Positions 15,291 to 30,095 of a DNA stretch of 64,000 nucleotides are shown piece by piece; within the stretch, counting starts at the first letter, position 1; each line of letters opens with the position of its first letter. The notes under the pieces were generated by a model that searched no databases, was not told the origin of the DNA, and saw only the letters and a list, made by a program, of their open reading frames with translations. Position numbers and translations under genes: made by a program. Source of the DNA: Octopus vulgaris (taxonomy: Eukaryota); NCBI GenBank assembly GCA_951406725.2, contig OX597819.1, forward strand, positions 19,592,001-19,656,000. The letters are read 5' to 3'.

Positions 15291-16119
15291 ACGATTGCAA
15301 TAAAAAGCTTTCCTGGAAAATACTAAGATAAGCTAAATAGAAACAAAATAGACAAAATAAAATACGTCAGCAATAGTTGAGTTGCTCCGGACTCGGAGCA
15401 GACGATGAAAGGACTTTAATTATGGAACAAGATTAAAGACCTTCCGTCAGAATGGACAAGGAGCACATAATGAAGAAAAAGAGAGAATAAGTCACAGTAG
15501 AATATGAGTTGAAGCGGAAGAAACAATAAAACATATTGTTTCAGTCCTGACTATGAAGGAATATATCTACAGATATGACAGCAAAAAATAATGGTATAGG
15601 TTTGTTAAAGAAAAGATCTTAAAAAATGACGAAGCATTCATACTATGGAAGACGCCAATACGCACAAAGTGAAAGCAAGATAATAGCCCGGATAAAGCTC
15701 TCAGAGATGATTAGGAAAACGATGCCTTATTTCGATCTGTAAATCCCGACAGATAACAACGTATTTCTAAAGGAAAAGGAGAAAATTTCAAAATACAAAA
15801 AATGTGGAAACAGGCATAACCCAAATATGGGGCTTGAAGAGAACAATAATCTCTATAATAATAAGCATATTAGGCATGGTCAAAAACAAGAAAAAATTCC
15901 AGACAAATGTATAACCAAGGCAACAAGATTTACGAATATATTACAGTAGACAGAAAAAACAAATATTAGGCATCGCACATATCATATAAAATGTATTTTC
16001 AATACAGTGCAAATAAAAACAACAAAAGAAACACATACAAACTGTACAAACAACTGCACTCTATAGTGAATTGAAAACAGGTGATAAAAGTAATGCTATT
16101 GAGTAATAATAATAATAAT

Positions 16120-16295
16120 GTAAAGTATACTAGCCATCTCAATATGGCTAATTACTAAAGGTGGGTGTTACTGTAGCTTTTAGCCCCAGGATATCATCGT
16201 CTCCAGCTGGCTTTAGGCACACTTTCTGTGCCCTCTTATAGTATTTGCAAAGGGAGGTCATCCCTCTCTCGTATACCTAAGTGATACGCACGGAC
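16120..16295 (+). mobile_element. Structured retroelement 3' end embedded in (TAA)n
   Basis: Flanked by (TAA)n at 16104-16119 and by (AAT/AAC)n at 16296-16500; hairpins TAGCCAT..ATGGCTA and GGCACA..TGTGCC; homologous sequence at 25720-25791. Confidence 0.6.
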
Positions 16296-16363
<68 letters not shown>

Positions 16364-16397
16364 CAACAATAATAACAACAACAACAACAACAACAAC

Positions 16398-16448
<51 letters not shown>

Positions 16449-16500
16449 AATATTAATGATAATAATAATAACGGTAATGTTAATAATAATAATAATAATA
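16296..16500. repeat. (AAT)n/(AAC)n microsatellite
   Basis: Direct reading of the sequence. Confidence 0.95.
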
Positions 16501-16908
16501 ATTCTATTCAGTTTTAACAAAAGGCCAACAACTTTGAGGTAACATGTTTTAGTCACTAGAATGCAAGCTGGTATTTAAATGGTAACTTATTTTATGAAGC
16601 CTGGTGGGATGAACAAGAGGGTTAGAATCAGTAGAGTCTGAACGTATGACGTAAAGACTCGGAAGAAAACCTCAAGGCATTTAAGACTATCGCCAAATTA
16701 GTCGTACTAGTAGTAGTAGTAGTAGTATCAGTAACGACGGCGGGGGTCACGGGTACTACGACAACAACGACAGCGATAACGATGACAATGACGATAACGA
16801 TGATGATGATGCTGATGATAATTATAATGATGAGGATTATGATGATGAAAGAATCAATAGGATAATACTAATTGCAATAGTAACGGTAAAATAAAATCAA
16901 TAATAATG

Positions 16909-16983
<75 letters not shown>

Positions 16984-18000
16984 GTAACGAAACGAACACT
17001 GATAACAATAATAAATCGATGTTGCTTCCTTAATATTTTGAGCCACCAGCGAAGACTCGGTGTTCACTTAAAACAATCCTCTTAACTCATTTCATATTTT
17101 AGAGTTGTCTCTTTAATGAGAACCTTGCATTCATCCATTGTCTCTGTCCTAAAATTTTCTATTTGATCATTTCTCACAATTTCCCAACCTCTCCGCCCTC
17201 TATCCTTCCCAGAATCTTTAGCGAGAGTGTTCAATGGAATAACCTAATTATGAAGACCGTCATCAGAGCTTTCGTTATTAATACAAAATTGCATCGTTCA
17301 CGTCTCATCTGGACATTTCTTCTCGTTTTATATTATTAAAATGTCTCTTTAAAAATCTTTTTATGACATCACGCAATGCAAGTAATTGCAGAATACTTGT
17401 GCAAGCGATTCATCTGCATATACGTTGCACATTTCAATCAAACCTGTATGACTGTAGTGGTGGTGGTGGTGGTGATGGTGGTGATGGTGCTGGTGTTGGA
17501 ACTATCTGATTGCGCCCCTTCGTTTTAATCTTCAATTGCTGAGATTTCATTAGCGTCATTATCGTTTCATGGTTTTAAAGGTACAATACAGGAGATCGAA
17601 TATACAGCGCATCAGCGAAGAGAGGCAACCGATACACAGATTACAATATTAAAATGAAGGTATTTAAAAGAAATTATTGTCTAATTTCCAACATTTACAA
17701 TTCATGACTAAGCCATGCCTCTCATGTGGTTTGATTATTATCGATGACTGGTGCTTATCCGATCGGTCACTTTTATCAATCACTTCAAATACTGGGATCA
17801 ATATAATTGTTCCTCCTCACAAAATTCCTGACCTTCCACCCAGCAATGGATCGACGTTCCATTCAGAAGCAATGTGGTTCGGCCATTTATACGCCGCAGA
17901 AACTGCCATAGAAATCTTAGAGTTTAAGAAAACTACGTTAATATTACGATATGATATTAGTTAAAGAATGAGTTGTGGTGAGATTGTTCTTATTGAATTA

Positions 18001-18391
18001 CTAGCAGTATCGCCCGGCGTTGCTCGAGTTTGTTTCGACCCTTTAGAATTGGAAGTTTTGAAAAGTAAACATTTTGCATTATGTAGCTTGTTATTCTCTT
18101 TAAGTGAACATTTTTATGGCTGAAATACACCGAAAAATGGCGATACAGCAGTCAAAAATCATTAAAAATAGTCGATTTTCATAGAAAAAAAGCACCTTTT
18201 TGTTGTAAATAATTTTTGGTCTTAACATGGTCCAATTTTAACTTTTTCTTCTACGGAAGGAAGAACAAGCCTTTTTCTATCTAATCTCAATTTTGGTCAA
18301 CTTGCGCCGCAGGGTCTCGGAGGAGATAGTGTTATTTGAAGGCTATCAAACCTGCCATACACAGACAACTTCAGCTTTAGATATAGAGGGA
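18001..18391 (-). mobile_element. Non-autonomous Helitron
   Basis: Minus strand: A|TC at the 5' end (18391), 3' GC-rich hairpin region CGAGCAACGCCGGGCG then ATACTGCTAG|T (18001); inserted in an AT dinucleotide with no TSD; 3' end shared with 30096. Confidence 0.8.
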
Positions 18392-19079
18392 TTTATGAAT
18401 TTCGTGCTCTGTACAAAAATATCCTGCTACAAGGGAATGGAACTAACTTTTGGTTTTGTTTTAATCGTAGCATATAATATATTTGATGAACTATAGAATG
18501 AACCTAACCGTATTTCTTCCACTGTTTCACACTTTTATTTATTTCATTATATGTATTAAGAGTAAAATACATGCATTTCTGTGCTGGAGAAATCTCGTTG
18601 CATTTTTTCAGGCGTGTGATAAGTTGCGTCATTAGAGCAGATGTTGGGTACGCTTGTTCCATGTATTATTTCTTAACAGGATTGGCACTGAATAATGTTG
18701 GTATATATGGTTACATTAAAGGATAACCTTTAGAGGTGATACGTGTTATTTCCTGAATGTGTTCTCACTTGTCCATCTTGCCTAATGGAAGCTATTAGAT
18801 CGTCGTTATATACATAGAAAAAAGAAGCATACACATTGATATTAGAAGTTAATATCACCATTAGGTGTCATCTCAGCAAGGTGAATAGCAAAGTTCTCCA
18901 TCCAAGAGCCATGATTTAGAACGGGTGCAATTATATGCATGTTCGGTTCAATTTCCTTCTACAGGGGTTGACCACATGACTGTATTTCGTGAAGAGAAGA
19001 TCCTAGGCGCTTCATACATCATTCTGTCAAGCGTTCTTAATTATAGGCCATGTAGGAAATTTCTGCCGCATCTCATACA

Positions 19080-19150
<71 letters not shown>

Positions 19151-19429
19151 AATATATATACATACATATATACATATATATACACACATACCTACATACA
19201 TTTATAAAATAAGAAACTGAGGAAAAGAAATCCTTCAAAGGGGTGTGTAAAACATTCAATTCACTGGTACGTCAGTTGGATACCATATAAATGTTGGTAT
19301 AATACAATAATAGAGATAAATTAAATAGAGAAATACTATTGATTATTCAACAATTTATTTATATTGCAATATTACATGAAATATTATGAACATAATATTA
19401 TATAAATAATTAAGGAGTGTAGGAGGAGG

Positions 19430-19720
19430 AGACCCCCCTTCGGTATGAATAACCATAGGATTGCACCTAGAAAGTTGCCCTCCCAGGCACAAGTCCCGGC
19501 AAGATTGCGTATGGAAGGCTAGCAGTCGCCCATGCATACCAGCTTCCCCTCTGCACGCTACTGATATTATCCAAGAGAAAGGCAAAAGCCGATACAGCTT
19601 AGCACCGTTGATGTCATAATTCATTTCTACAGCTGAGTGAATTGGAGCAAGGTGAAATAAAGGGTCCTGCTCAAGAACACACACAGCCCTGTCCGAGAAT
19701 CGAACTCACAACTTTACGTC
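19430..19720 (-). mobile_element. tRNA-derived SINE (family C), 5' head truncated
   Basis: B box GAGTTCGATTCTC followed by TGTGTGTTCTTGAGCAGGACCCTTTATTTCACCTTGCTCC (CORE-like region); 3' part homologous to 10898-11030. Confidence 0.75.
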
Positions 19721-20378
19721 CAGGTAATATCGAAATGCTTTAGTGAGAACCAAAAGAGAAATCAGCCAAGATTTCGCATGAGAAGATGCTTAACTAAGAG
19801 CAAGTAGTATGATGAAATGGTCAAAAGCAAATGCCTTAAACTATTCCCGAGAAATATTTAACCATAGAAGTCAGAAGATCCCACTGAAAGTCATACAGCG
19901 ACAAAATCAGAATTTCATATTAGAGGAGGTTACATGTGGGAGAAAATAAATATATATGGTTTTGATTCATATTGATAATCATAAACTGCTTAGCACCATT
20001 GATGTCATAATTCATTTCTACAGCTGAGTGAATTGGAGCAAGGTGAAATAAAGGGTCCTGCTCAAGAACACACACAGCCCGGTCCGAGAATCGAACTCAC
20101 AACTTTACGTCCAGGTAATATCGAAATGCTTTAGTGAGAACCAAAAGAGAAATCAGCCAAGATTTCGCATGAGAAGATGTTTAACTAAGAGCAAGTAGTA
20201 TGATGAAATGGTCAAAAGCAAATGCCTTAAACTATTCCCGAGAAATATTTAACCATAGAAGTCAGAAGATCCCACTGAAAGTCATACAGCGACAAAATCA
20301 GAATTTCATATTAGAGGAGGTTACATGTGGGAGAAAATAAATATATATGGTTTTGATTCATACTGATAATCATAAACT
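19597..20378. repeat. Tandem duplication, 2 x 391 bp, about 99% identical
   Basis: GCTTAGCACC.TTGATGTCATAATT..GATAATCATAAACT at 19597-19987 and 19988-20378; about 4 substitutions seen by eye. Confidence 0.95.
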
Positions 20379-20664
20379 GGCAGAACATTTCGAGAAATAT
20401 AGAATTAGTTCCGCAAAATTTAATTCACTTTCGTATGGAATATAATATCAATTTTAACTTGCTGGTCTTTAAGTGCAGCCTTGATTCGAAAGAAAATGAA
20501 CTGGTTTGTGAAATAATTTACGAAATAATAGCTTCTAGATAATAACAGATAGCACTGAAATACACACACACACAGACGAACGTATGCCATACAAATACAC
20601 GTATAGATAAAGAATACATATACACGTACGCACATATACATACATGTAGAGAAACTTAAGTACG

Positions 20665-20711
<47 letters not shown>

Positions 20712-20712
20712 G

Positions 20713-20757
<45 letters not shown>

Positions 20758-20797
20758 TTATACATATACATATATATATAAATGTATATATAAGTAT

Positions 20798-20850
<53 letters not shown>

Positions 20851-21155
20851 ATATATATATATAGTAACAAACGTGGATAAATACCAATTTCGTGTGCCAT
20901 ACAGGACGTGACAATGAACCAGATCAGGCTGCGCGATTACTATCTTCAGATACAACCACACACTCCTCTACACAAAACAAAACTTTCGAAAATTCGCATT
21001 AACATGCATATATGAATTAGTACATATAAATGTGTGTAAGTATATATACGTATATATATGAATAAATATTTATGTACATGTATGTGTATATATGCGTATG
21101 TAATTGTATATAATATAGATATATATATATATATGTGTGTGTAAATGTGTGCATA

Positions 21156-21217
<62 letters not shown>

Positions 21218-21456
21218 CATACATGTATATATATATATATATATGTACACAAGCATGTAAACATGTATATCGTTTGCATGCAGGTATAATGATACACATA
21301 TCCACACACACATATATAAAACATACACATTTATATATATTACATGTATATTCATATGTATATGAATATAGATGTATATCTCACTCCTTAAATATCTGTT
21401 TGTACATCAGTATATCTATCCAACTACACGCACACACACACAAACTTATATGTATC

Positions 21457-21543
<87 letters not shown>

Positions 21544-21934
21544 TGATACATATGTATGTATGAGTGTACCTGTATATATATATTTAACTATATACTTACG
21601 TTTAGATATTTATGCACCAGCTTAATCATGTTGCTGGTGATATCCCCTTTGGAAATGTGGCAGTCACTAAATGCAAAGCTAAATATTAAGTGCTATATTA
21701 TTAGAATTTCATGGCTATCTCTTCAGAGACAACCAATTATTTTCTATTCAATTCACTTGTTTATACCTAAGGCAGAGGTGAGGGCACATGTAAAACTTTG
21801 TCCTCACTCCCGGTTTCATATTAATACCAATTTTCTTGTGTCAATATACGTTCACAGACATACATACACATCTGCATGTACGATGACGCCCATGCATATA
21901 GACATTCATAGGAATCTATCTGTCAGTCAGTCTG

Positions 21935-21997
<63 letters not shown>

Positions 21998-22025
21998 TTA
22001 CGCACATGCACGCACACATATATGC

Positions 22026-22056
<31 letters not shown>

Positions 22057-22756
22057 CATATATATCTATATGAATGCATATGTATATATTTATACATATA
22101 CATATATATTATATATACATACATACATATATATATACACATATATTTATATATATGTATATGTATAAATATATACATATATATTATATATACATACATA
22201 TATATATATACACACACATATTTTTCGTATGTATTTTTGTGCAAGTGGACATATGTACTCGACACTTGCATGTTGTAGAATATAGCAAGCAGAATATGTA
22301 TTATAAAAATACATGCATACACACACACACACACATATATATAATTACGGGATATATAATTAAATTTCCATCAGTCAATCTATCCGAATAATCAAATGGT
22401 TACTCCTGGAAGGTATTTGTTTTTCTTGATAGTTCGTGAACATTTTTGATGGCACGTGAACGACCCTTACACTAATACGATATGTAGATATGATTACAAT
22501 TTTGCGAACGCGTATATATATATATATATATAATATAAATATATGCATATATACATATATATGTATATATATACATGCATATATGAGTGCAGGACATCCA
22601 GAAAACGTTTAACACAATAAGAGATGAAAACATAAAAGCAAAAACATAGAAACTAACATTTTTCAAGCAACGAAAAAGCAGAGAAACGAGACATACAACA
22701 TAAAGATTATTCCCCTTCTTCAGTTGTTCCTGTTTCATCTACTTCACGTTTCGAAG

Positions 22757-22823
<67 letters not shown>

Positions 22824-23354
22824 ATACGGAGATAGAGAAATAGAGAGAGAGAGACAGATGTACATCCATTTGTTTGTATTTCTATCTATCTGTCAGTCTA
22901 TGTATGTATAATTATTGCTATCAAGATAATCTTCATCAACATTGCTATTGTTGCTGTTATTATTATATTATTCTTATTATCATTATTTTTTATTAACAAA
23001 ATCTCTCAATTTTTTTTCCATTTATTCCCGAGTGACGTCCAGACACCTAGTTCAGAGAAAGTCACTCTATACATTGGTCCGCCATCAAAATAAACACACC
23101 AGATTGTTTATTTACAAAATCATGTGATGCACAAAAACTTGTAGAAAGACACTGAGAAAAATGCAAAATATATTTTTATATAAAAACTATTTAAAGAAGT
23201 TAAAAGGGAAAAAATAAAATCGACATCGACGTTGCTCTTTTGGATTTGGGTAAATGTGACATCGTATTCAAGTTTATAATTTGCACTTCCTGCATGGGTG
23301 GTGATCTAGGGATGATTCTTAAATAATTCTCAATTCCATTTTATACCATTCCTT

Positions 23355-23590
<236 letters not shown>

Positions 23591-23771
23591 TGAGTAAGAG
23601 AGTAGTGCATGCCATCTATCTATCTATCTCTATATCAATATATATATGTATGTATGTATTTATGTATGTATGTATGTATATATATATATATGTATATAAA
23701 TATATATATATATATATATTTATGTATGTATGTTTGTAAATATAGTTGTGCGTATGTATACATACATACAT

Positions 23772-23826
<55 letters not shown>

Positions 23827-23827
<1 letters not shown>

Positions 23828-24369
23828 GAGCAAAACACCCGCATCCAATGGACGGTGCTGAATCATATATGCTGAATAAAAAACAAACAGTGTTCTCTTT
23901 TCATTAAAAAATAATTAAGCATGCCTTTATTTCAAAAAAATTTCTGGTTTTGTTAATGACAGTTAAAGCAAAAAAAAAATCTTCTTGAGAAAGCAAAGAA
24001 TCGTGCTTTCCTCAATGCCAAGTTTGCATAAGATATCTCTTTTGCATCTTACATTTTTGTACTCTTAAATATACTGCATTTTGTTTCATGATTTCAAGTT
24101 AGCCGGCTTTTTTGCGAAAACTGCACGTGCATTTTGCTCGCGTACGCTTAGTATCGATAGCAACAGCCGAAGTACTTGCACGGTCCCTTGGCTTTATCGA
24201 TCGCATTCTCACCTGGAATCTATTTTTGTAATTTTTTCAAGATCTATACATGCCCTGATACCGTCGGTATTTACTTATGAAATTTGAGCGCAATCGGATG
24301 GGGGATGTCCGAGATCCCAGAAGACACACACACACAGACACACACACAGAACGGATTTTATATAATAGG
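23827..24369 (-). mobile_element. Probable non-autonomous Helitron (third family, degenerate termini)
   Basis: Plus strand A|CGAG (variant of CTAG) followed by hairpin CCGCATCCAATGGACGG; the other end GAAATTTGAGCGCAATCGGATG..GACACACAC..TTTTATATAATAGGT parallels the ends at 18290-18391 and 30360-30468. Confidence 0.55.
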
Positions 24370-24417
24370 TTTACATACATGTACATATACAGATGAATAG
24401 ATCGAACCATACATGCA

Positions 24418-25521
<1,104 letters not shown>

Positions 25522-25593
25522 ATATATATATATTTATAAATACCAACATATATATACATACATACATACACACACATACGTACATACATACAT

Positions 25594-25654
<61 letters not shown>

Positions 25655-25725
25655 ATAAATATATATATATAGCAATAATAAATCTCTGAACGAGATGTAA
25701 ACACTAACCGCTCGACAACGTAAAG

Positions 25726-25863
25726 TATAATAGCCATCTCAATATGGCTAACCACAAAGGGTGGGTGTTACTGTAGCTTTTAACCCCAGGACGATGTTCT
25801 CCTGGGGCTAAAAGCTACAGTAATACCCACCCATTATTTAGCCATATTGCGTTGGCTGTTATA
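25726..25863. repeat. Fold-back inverted repeat (about 65-bp arms, 8-nt loop) of the 16120-type element
   Basis: TAGCCATCTCAATATGGCTAA..GGGTGGGTGTTACTGTAGCTTTTAACCCCAGGA / CGATGTTC / TCCTGGGGCTAAAAGCTACAGTAATACCCACCC..TTAGCCATATTG..TGGCTG. Confidence 0.9.
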
Positions 25864-25866
25864 GTA

Positions 25867-25919
<53 letters not shown>

Positions 25920-27615
25920 GTATATGTAGGACAGAGGATTAAAAAAATGCCAATCTCTTTTAAACACGTACCTTGCAAGCTTTTGTTTTTATATATTAAT
26001 CAATGAAATTCCAAATATATAAACCTGATGACTGCATAACGCATGAAAATACTACTTAATTTCCACATTGAAACAGTATAAAATTGCAAAAATTGTAAAT
26101 AATACAAGGTGAAAATCACACGAAGTTGGAATTTCATTGATTAAAATATGGTATACAGCATCATATAAACATATATATCTATGCTGGTATTTGCGTTATT
26201 TGATTGCTTGCGTGCACACACATACATTCATCCACTTACACACATACACACATTGTATATACATATTGAAATATATGTATAATCCTCCTCTTTAGCTCGT
26301 TATTGCCTCCCGTTTCTCAGTTCCTGTATTTCTTTCCTCTTTCACCCCTTTCTCCCTCTCCCCTCTCTATTTCCTTCTCTCTTTCTCTCATTCCCTTCCT
26401 TTTTATCTTTGCTCATTCCACTCATTGCTATGTAATTTCTCTCTGGCCCTGACCTTCATTCACACGCTCTCTCTTTCTATCGTTTATCCTTGTCTCTTCT
26501 TCTCATTCTCTGATCTCTCTATATATCTTCTCTCTTTTCGACTTCTCGTTTTCACTCTCACTATTTCTTCTCCTTTTTCTGGATCGATTTTATTTGTCCC
26601 ATAAATTCTCCAGCAATCAATTCATGAGCCATTTGTCAAGTCGTTCGTAATAATAATAGCATGACTGGCAATCATATTTTAGTCAGCAGACCATCAGAAA
26701 TATCGAACCCGACAATGTAATTCTAAGAATGTGAGCAATGTCTGACTTCCTTGAATGCGAAGGAATGCTTTTCTTCAAATAAAGCATTTTCTCAAAGTAA
26801 CTTGATACAAAGAGATTGTTCCCCACTTTAGCACAAATACTAAAAGTTCCATAATTACAAGGTCACATGCTATCAACGCATCAGTCTGAAGCCCTATCGC
26901 TTCTTCTTCATCTGTGAGTTGTAGCAGATTTGCCCCCGAAAAATACTCTGCAATCATAAAAATGGAAGGGTTTACTACTTAGACAGACAACTCTCTGAAA
27001 GGATGAAGAATGAAAATGAGTTTATTCGTAATAATAATACTCTAGTCTGATAGATTTGATTTTCAACTCAATGGAATCAACAACAGCAGCAACAATATCA
27101 ACATACGCTATACATCGACGGAGTGAATGTGTCTACTCGCCAACCACACTTGCAAACTATATCCCGAGCAGCAGGCTCCATTGTCTTCAAGTCTGAACAC
27201 ATGCAAATAATATAGTTCTGATTTTACTGCACTGATTGTTACAGCAGGACCATATTTCCTCGCGAGAATTTAAGTCCATGGTTGCCTTGGGCTAAACATA
27301 TACCACAATACCATACATCACATGCAATCAGAATATCCGTAGAGGTTTTTAAGTGGTGCATAAACGCTAAAAGAATGAGTTAGGGTAAAGTTCAATCTGA
27401 AATAATTTTTGCGGTTGACAATGAGAAAGGTGTAGCCATGATGGATCACCATCATCAAAGGTTTTATAATCGATTATATCGCTTCCAATTTTTAGTATTG
27501 GTAATAATTTTATCGATTAATAATATTTGAACCTTTGAACAAATAATAATCCTTAAATAAAATGTTATGTCATGCACGATTTTTGGTATGATACACACAC
27601 ACGCAGACACACGCT

Positions 27616-27688
<73 letters not shown>

Positions 27689-27719
27689 CTTATAAAATAC
27701 GGGGAAAAGAAGAATTCAA

Positions 27720-27845
27720 AATATATTTGGCATTACAATTTTTCTTTTGCCCTTATTTTATAAGTTATTTGTAAATTTAACCTTTAAAGGTATTTTTTAA
27801 TATGCTGGCCATTGTAAAATTTGTTTCCGGAAAAATGTTATCCTA
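27720..27845 (+). repeat. Dispersed repeat between TA-rich tracts; second copy at about 50835-50960
   Basis: ATATTTGGCATTA.AATTTTT..TTTGCCCTTATTT..AAATTTAACCTTTAAAGGTATTTTT..TATG.TGGCCATTG is shared by both loci. Confidence 0.8.
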
Positions 27846-27854
27846 CATTAGATG

Positions 27855-27897
<43 letters not shown>

Positions 27898-28306
27898 CAG
27901 AAATTAATTAGCACTTCTCAAATTTCTATATTAAATAGGTTAAATCAATTAACCTATGAGCTGTTCAAAACGTCTTACGCGATGAGAAAACTTAGTATGG
28001 TGTGATTTCGGTCCTTGCGAGGCGCTACCTATATCTATTAAACAAAGGAAGATTTGTCTCCATCCGCACTCCAAGTTGTTGTTGCACTGCTATGTCAACA
28101 TCATAAGGGTGTAGACTCTCAAACTGCTCTGCAAACAAATTTACGTCATCTTTCTGCGCAACAGTGAACTCGCAACAAAGCAATAGTTCGAGATATGGCC
28201 ACTAGGTGACAGGACATACCTTGAGTGAAGAGCAAATCAAGGGTTCTAATTAATTTCTGACGTTAGTGTATATATATATACATATATATATATACATATA
28301 TATATA

Positions 28307-28785
28307 CAAGTATTTGTTTCCGGGAATCTTTGGCGCGCTATAGCGAGGGCATTCGAATCATAACTGCGAATATAATCGACTAAACCACACGTGTGTTTGA
28401 CGTTATGTTAAAATCTGGCGTGCGGTTTAGTAAATTGTATTCAAGACAAATTATTCTACTGATGAGCTATGGATATATTATGTAAGTAAAATTTGCATAA
28501 TTCATTAATAGCGAAACAATTGTCTACAATTAATCTACATTTTTGTTATTTTTCATTTGCCCTGCTCGTTTACGTTCATAGTTGTGCTAATTCTCCTTGG
28601 AAACAATTCTTTGTGGTTGAGACCATAGCGGATCTATTTTTAGAGCAAGAGTCGACCACATAATGGACACACTCTTATATTTTTGTTTAAATTGTTATTG
28701 TATCCCTGGTTTTTATGCGCTGAGCCACTTGGTGTTAAATTGATGGTATTATTAAATTAATATCCAATTTTTCACCCCTTTTTTT
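28307..28785 (+). mobile_element. Short non-autonomous Penelope-like element carrying a hammerhead ribozyme
   Basis: About 480-bp non-coding segment bounded by (TA)n on both sides and containing the hammerhead at 28449-28533; the PLE assignment is inferred from the ribozyme type. Confidence 0.5.
28449..28533 (+). ncRNA. Minimal type-I hammerhead ribozyme
   Basis: Core CTGATGA (28459-65); stem II GCTAT..ATAGC with an extendable AT-rich hairpin; GAAAC (28513-17); palindromic loop III AATT; GTC cleavage triplet (28522-24); stem I ATTCTA/TACAAT with one C-C mismatch. Confidence 0.75.
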
Positions 28786-29280
28786 ATATATATATAAATG
28801 TTAGATGTGTTTGCAACTTCTGAAGGATGATTCAATCCAGAGGCGCTCCGGGTGATTACCTGCGTAGATACAGTGCTTGGTAAAAAGGAATACGGTAGCA
28901 GATAATTCATCAGGGAAACCGTAGTTTAAATTATAGGCAAGAAGAAAATGGAGGGAAAATAGCAGGAAAAAAAACAAGAAAAAAAGAAGAAAGAAAAGAG
29001 TTGGAGAAAAATTTATTCAGTCAAAAGTTTAGTATATATATGATTAATTCCTCCCGGCTGAGATGTCAGCAGTTCACAAATATATCTCTCCTCATGGCTT
29101 TGAGGACTGAAAGTGGAGAAAAGTGAGGGTAGTTTTTCAGAATGTGCACAAATTATTGAAACTCCCAGATATAGCTACTTAGCCCTGTTGAATCTACATC
29201 CTTCATCCACCTCGCAGTATAATTAGCAACTAATGAATATACTATAATGTAAGAATCACCATTGTTTGCCTTTATTCTCA

Positions 29281-29945
29281 TTCGATAACATAGCATAGCT
29301 GCTCGCCAATCAAGGTCGATAAAATGACTTATCGGTTCACCAAAGGTGATTGATGAAATAACTTAGCGGTTTGTCACATGAGATCGATAAAATAACTTAG
29401 CGGTTCGCCAAACGTGACCGATAAAATATTCCGTGGTTTGCCAAACGTGATCGATAAAATAAATTAGCAGTTCGCTAAATAATATTGATAAAATAACTTA
29501 GCGGTTCGCCAAAATATATCAATAAAAGAAGCTAGCGGAGCTCCAAAGGAGATCGATACGATAACATAGTATTTCGCCAAAGGAGATCGAGAAAATTAAT
29601 TAGCACTTCGCCAAAGGAAATCGATAAAGTAAGCTGGCGGTTCACCAATCGCGTTTGATAAAATAACATAGCGGTTCACCAACGGAATCGATAAAATAAT
29701 GTAGCGTTTCGGCAAAACAGATCGGTAAAATGACATAGCAGTTAACCAAATATGATCGATAAAATTACTTAGCTGTTCGCTAAAATAACTTACGGTTTGC
29801 CGAACGTGATCGATAAAATAACTGAGCGGTTCCCAAAGGAGATCGATGAAATACATTAGCGTTTTGTCAAAGGAGATCGATAAGATACATTAGCGTTTCC
29901 ACAGAGATCGAATAAATAACTTAGCGGTTCGCCAAATGTGATCCC
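29281..29945 (+). repeat. Degenerate minisatellite, about 19-20 units of about 34 bp
   Basis: Consensus GATCGATAAAATAACTTAGCGGTTCGCCAAA(CGT/GGA) repeated head to tail without unique spacers. Confidence 0.9.
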
Positions 29946-30095
29946 TAAAATATCCTGTTCCAATCGCAAAATGAGACAAACTTTTCGCATTTAAGCTCTA
30001 TAGATATCGATTACATTAATGGCTTCCTAGCGCAAACAACCAGCTCCTTTCTGTTATTTTTGCTCCATTTTCTTCTTGCTCCATTTATTTATTTA

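Noticed and set aside
20870-20960. Minus-strand CTGAAGA..CGAAAT motif
   Set aside because: No convincing stem II or stem III pairing
29281-29945. CRISPR-like array of about 34-bp repeats
   Set aside because: Units are contiguous with no unique spacers, no cas genes are present, and the context is eukaryotic
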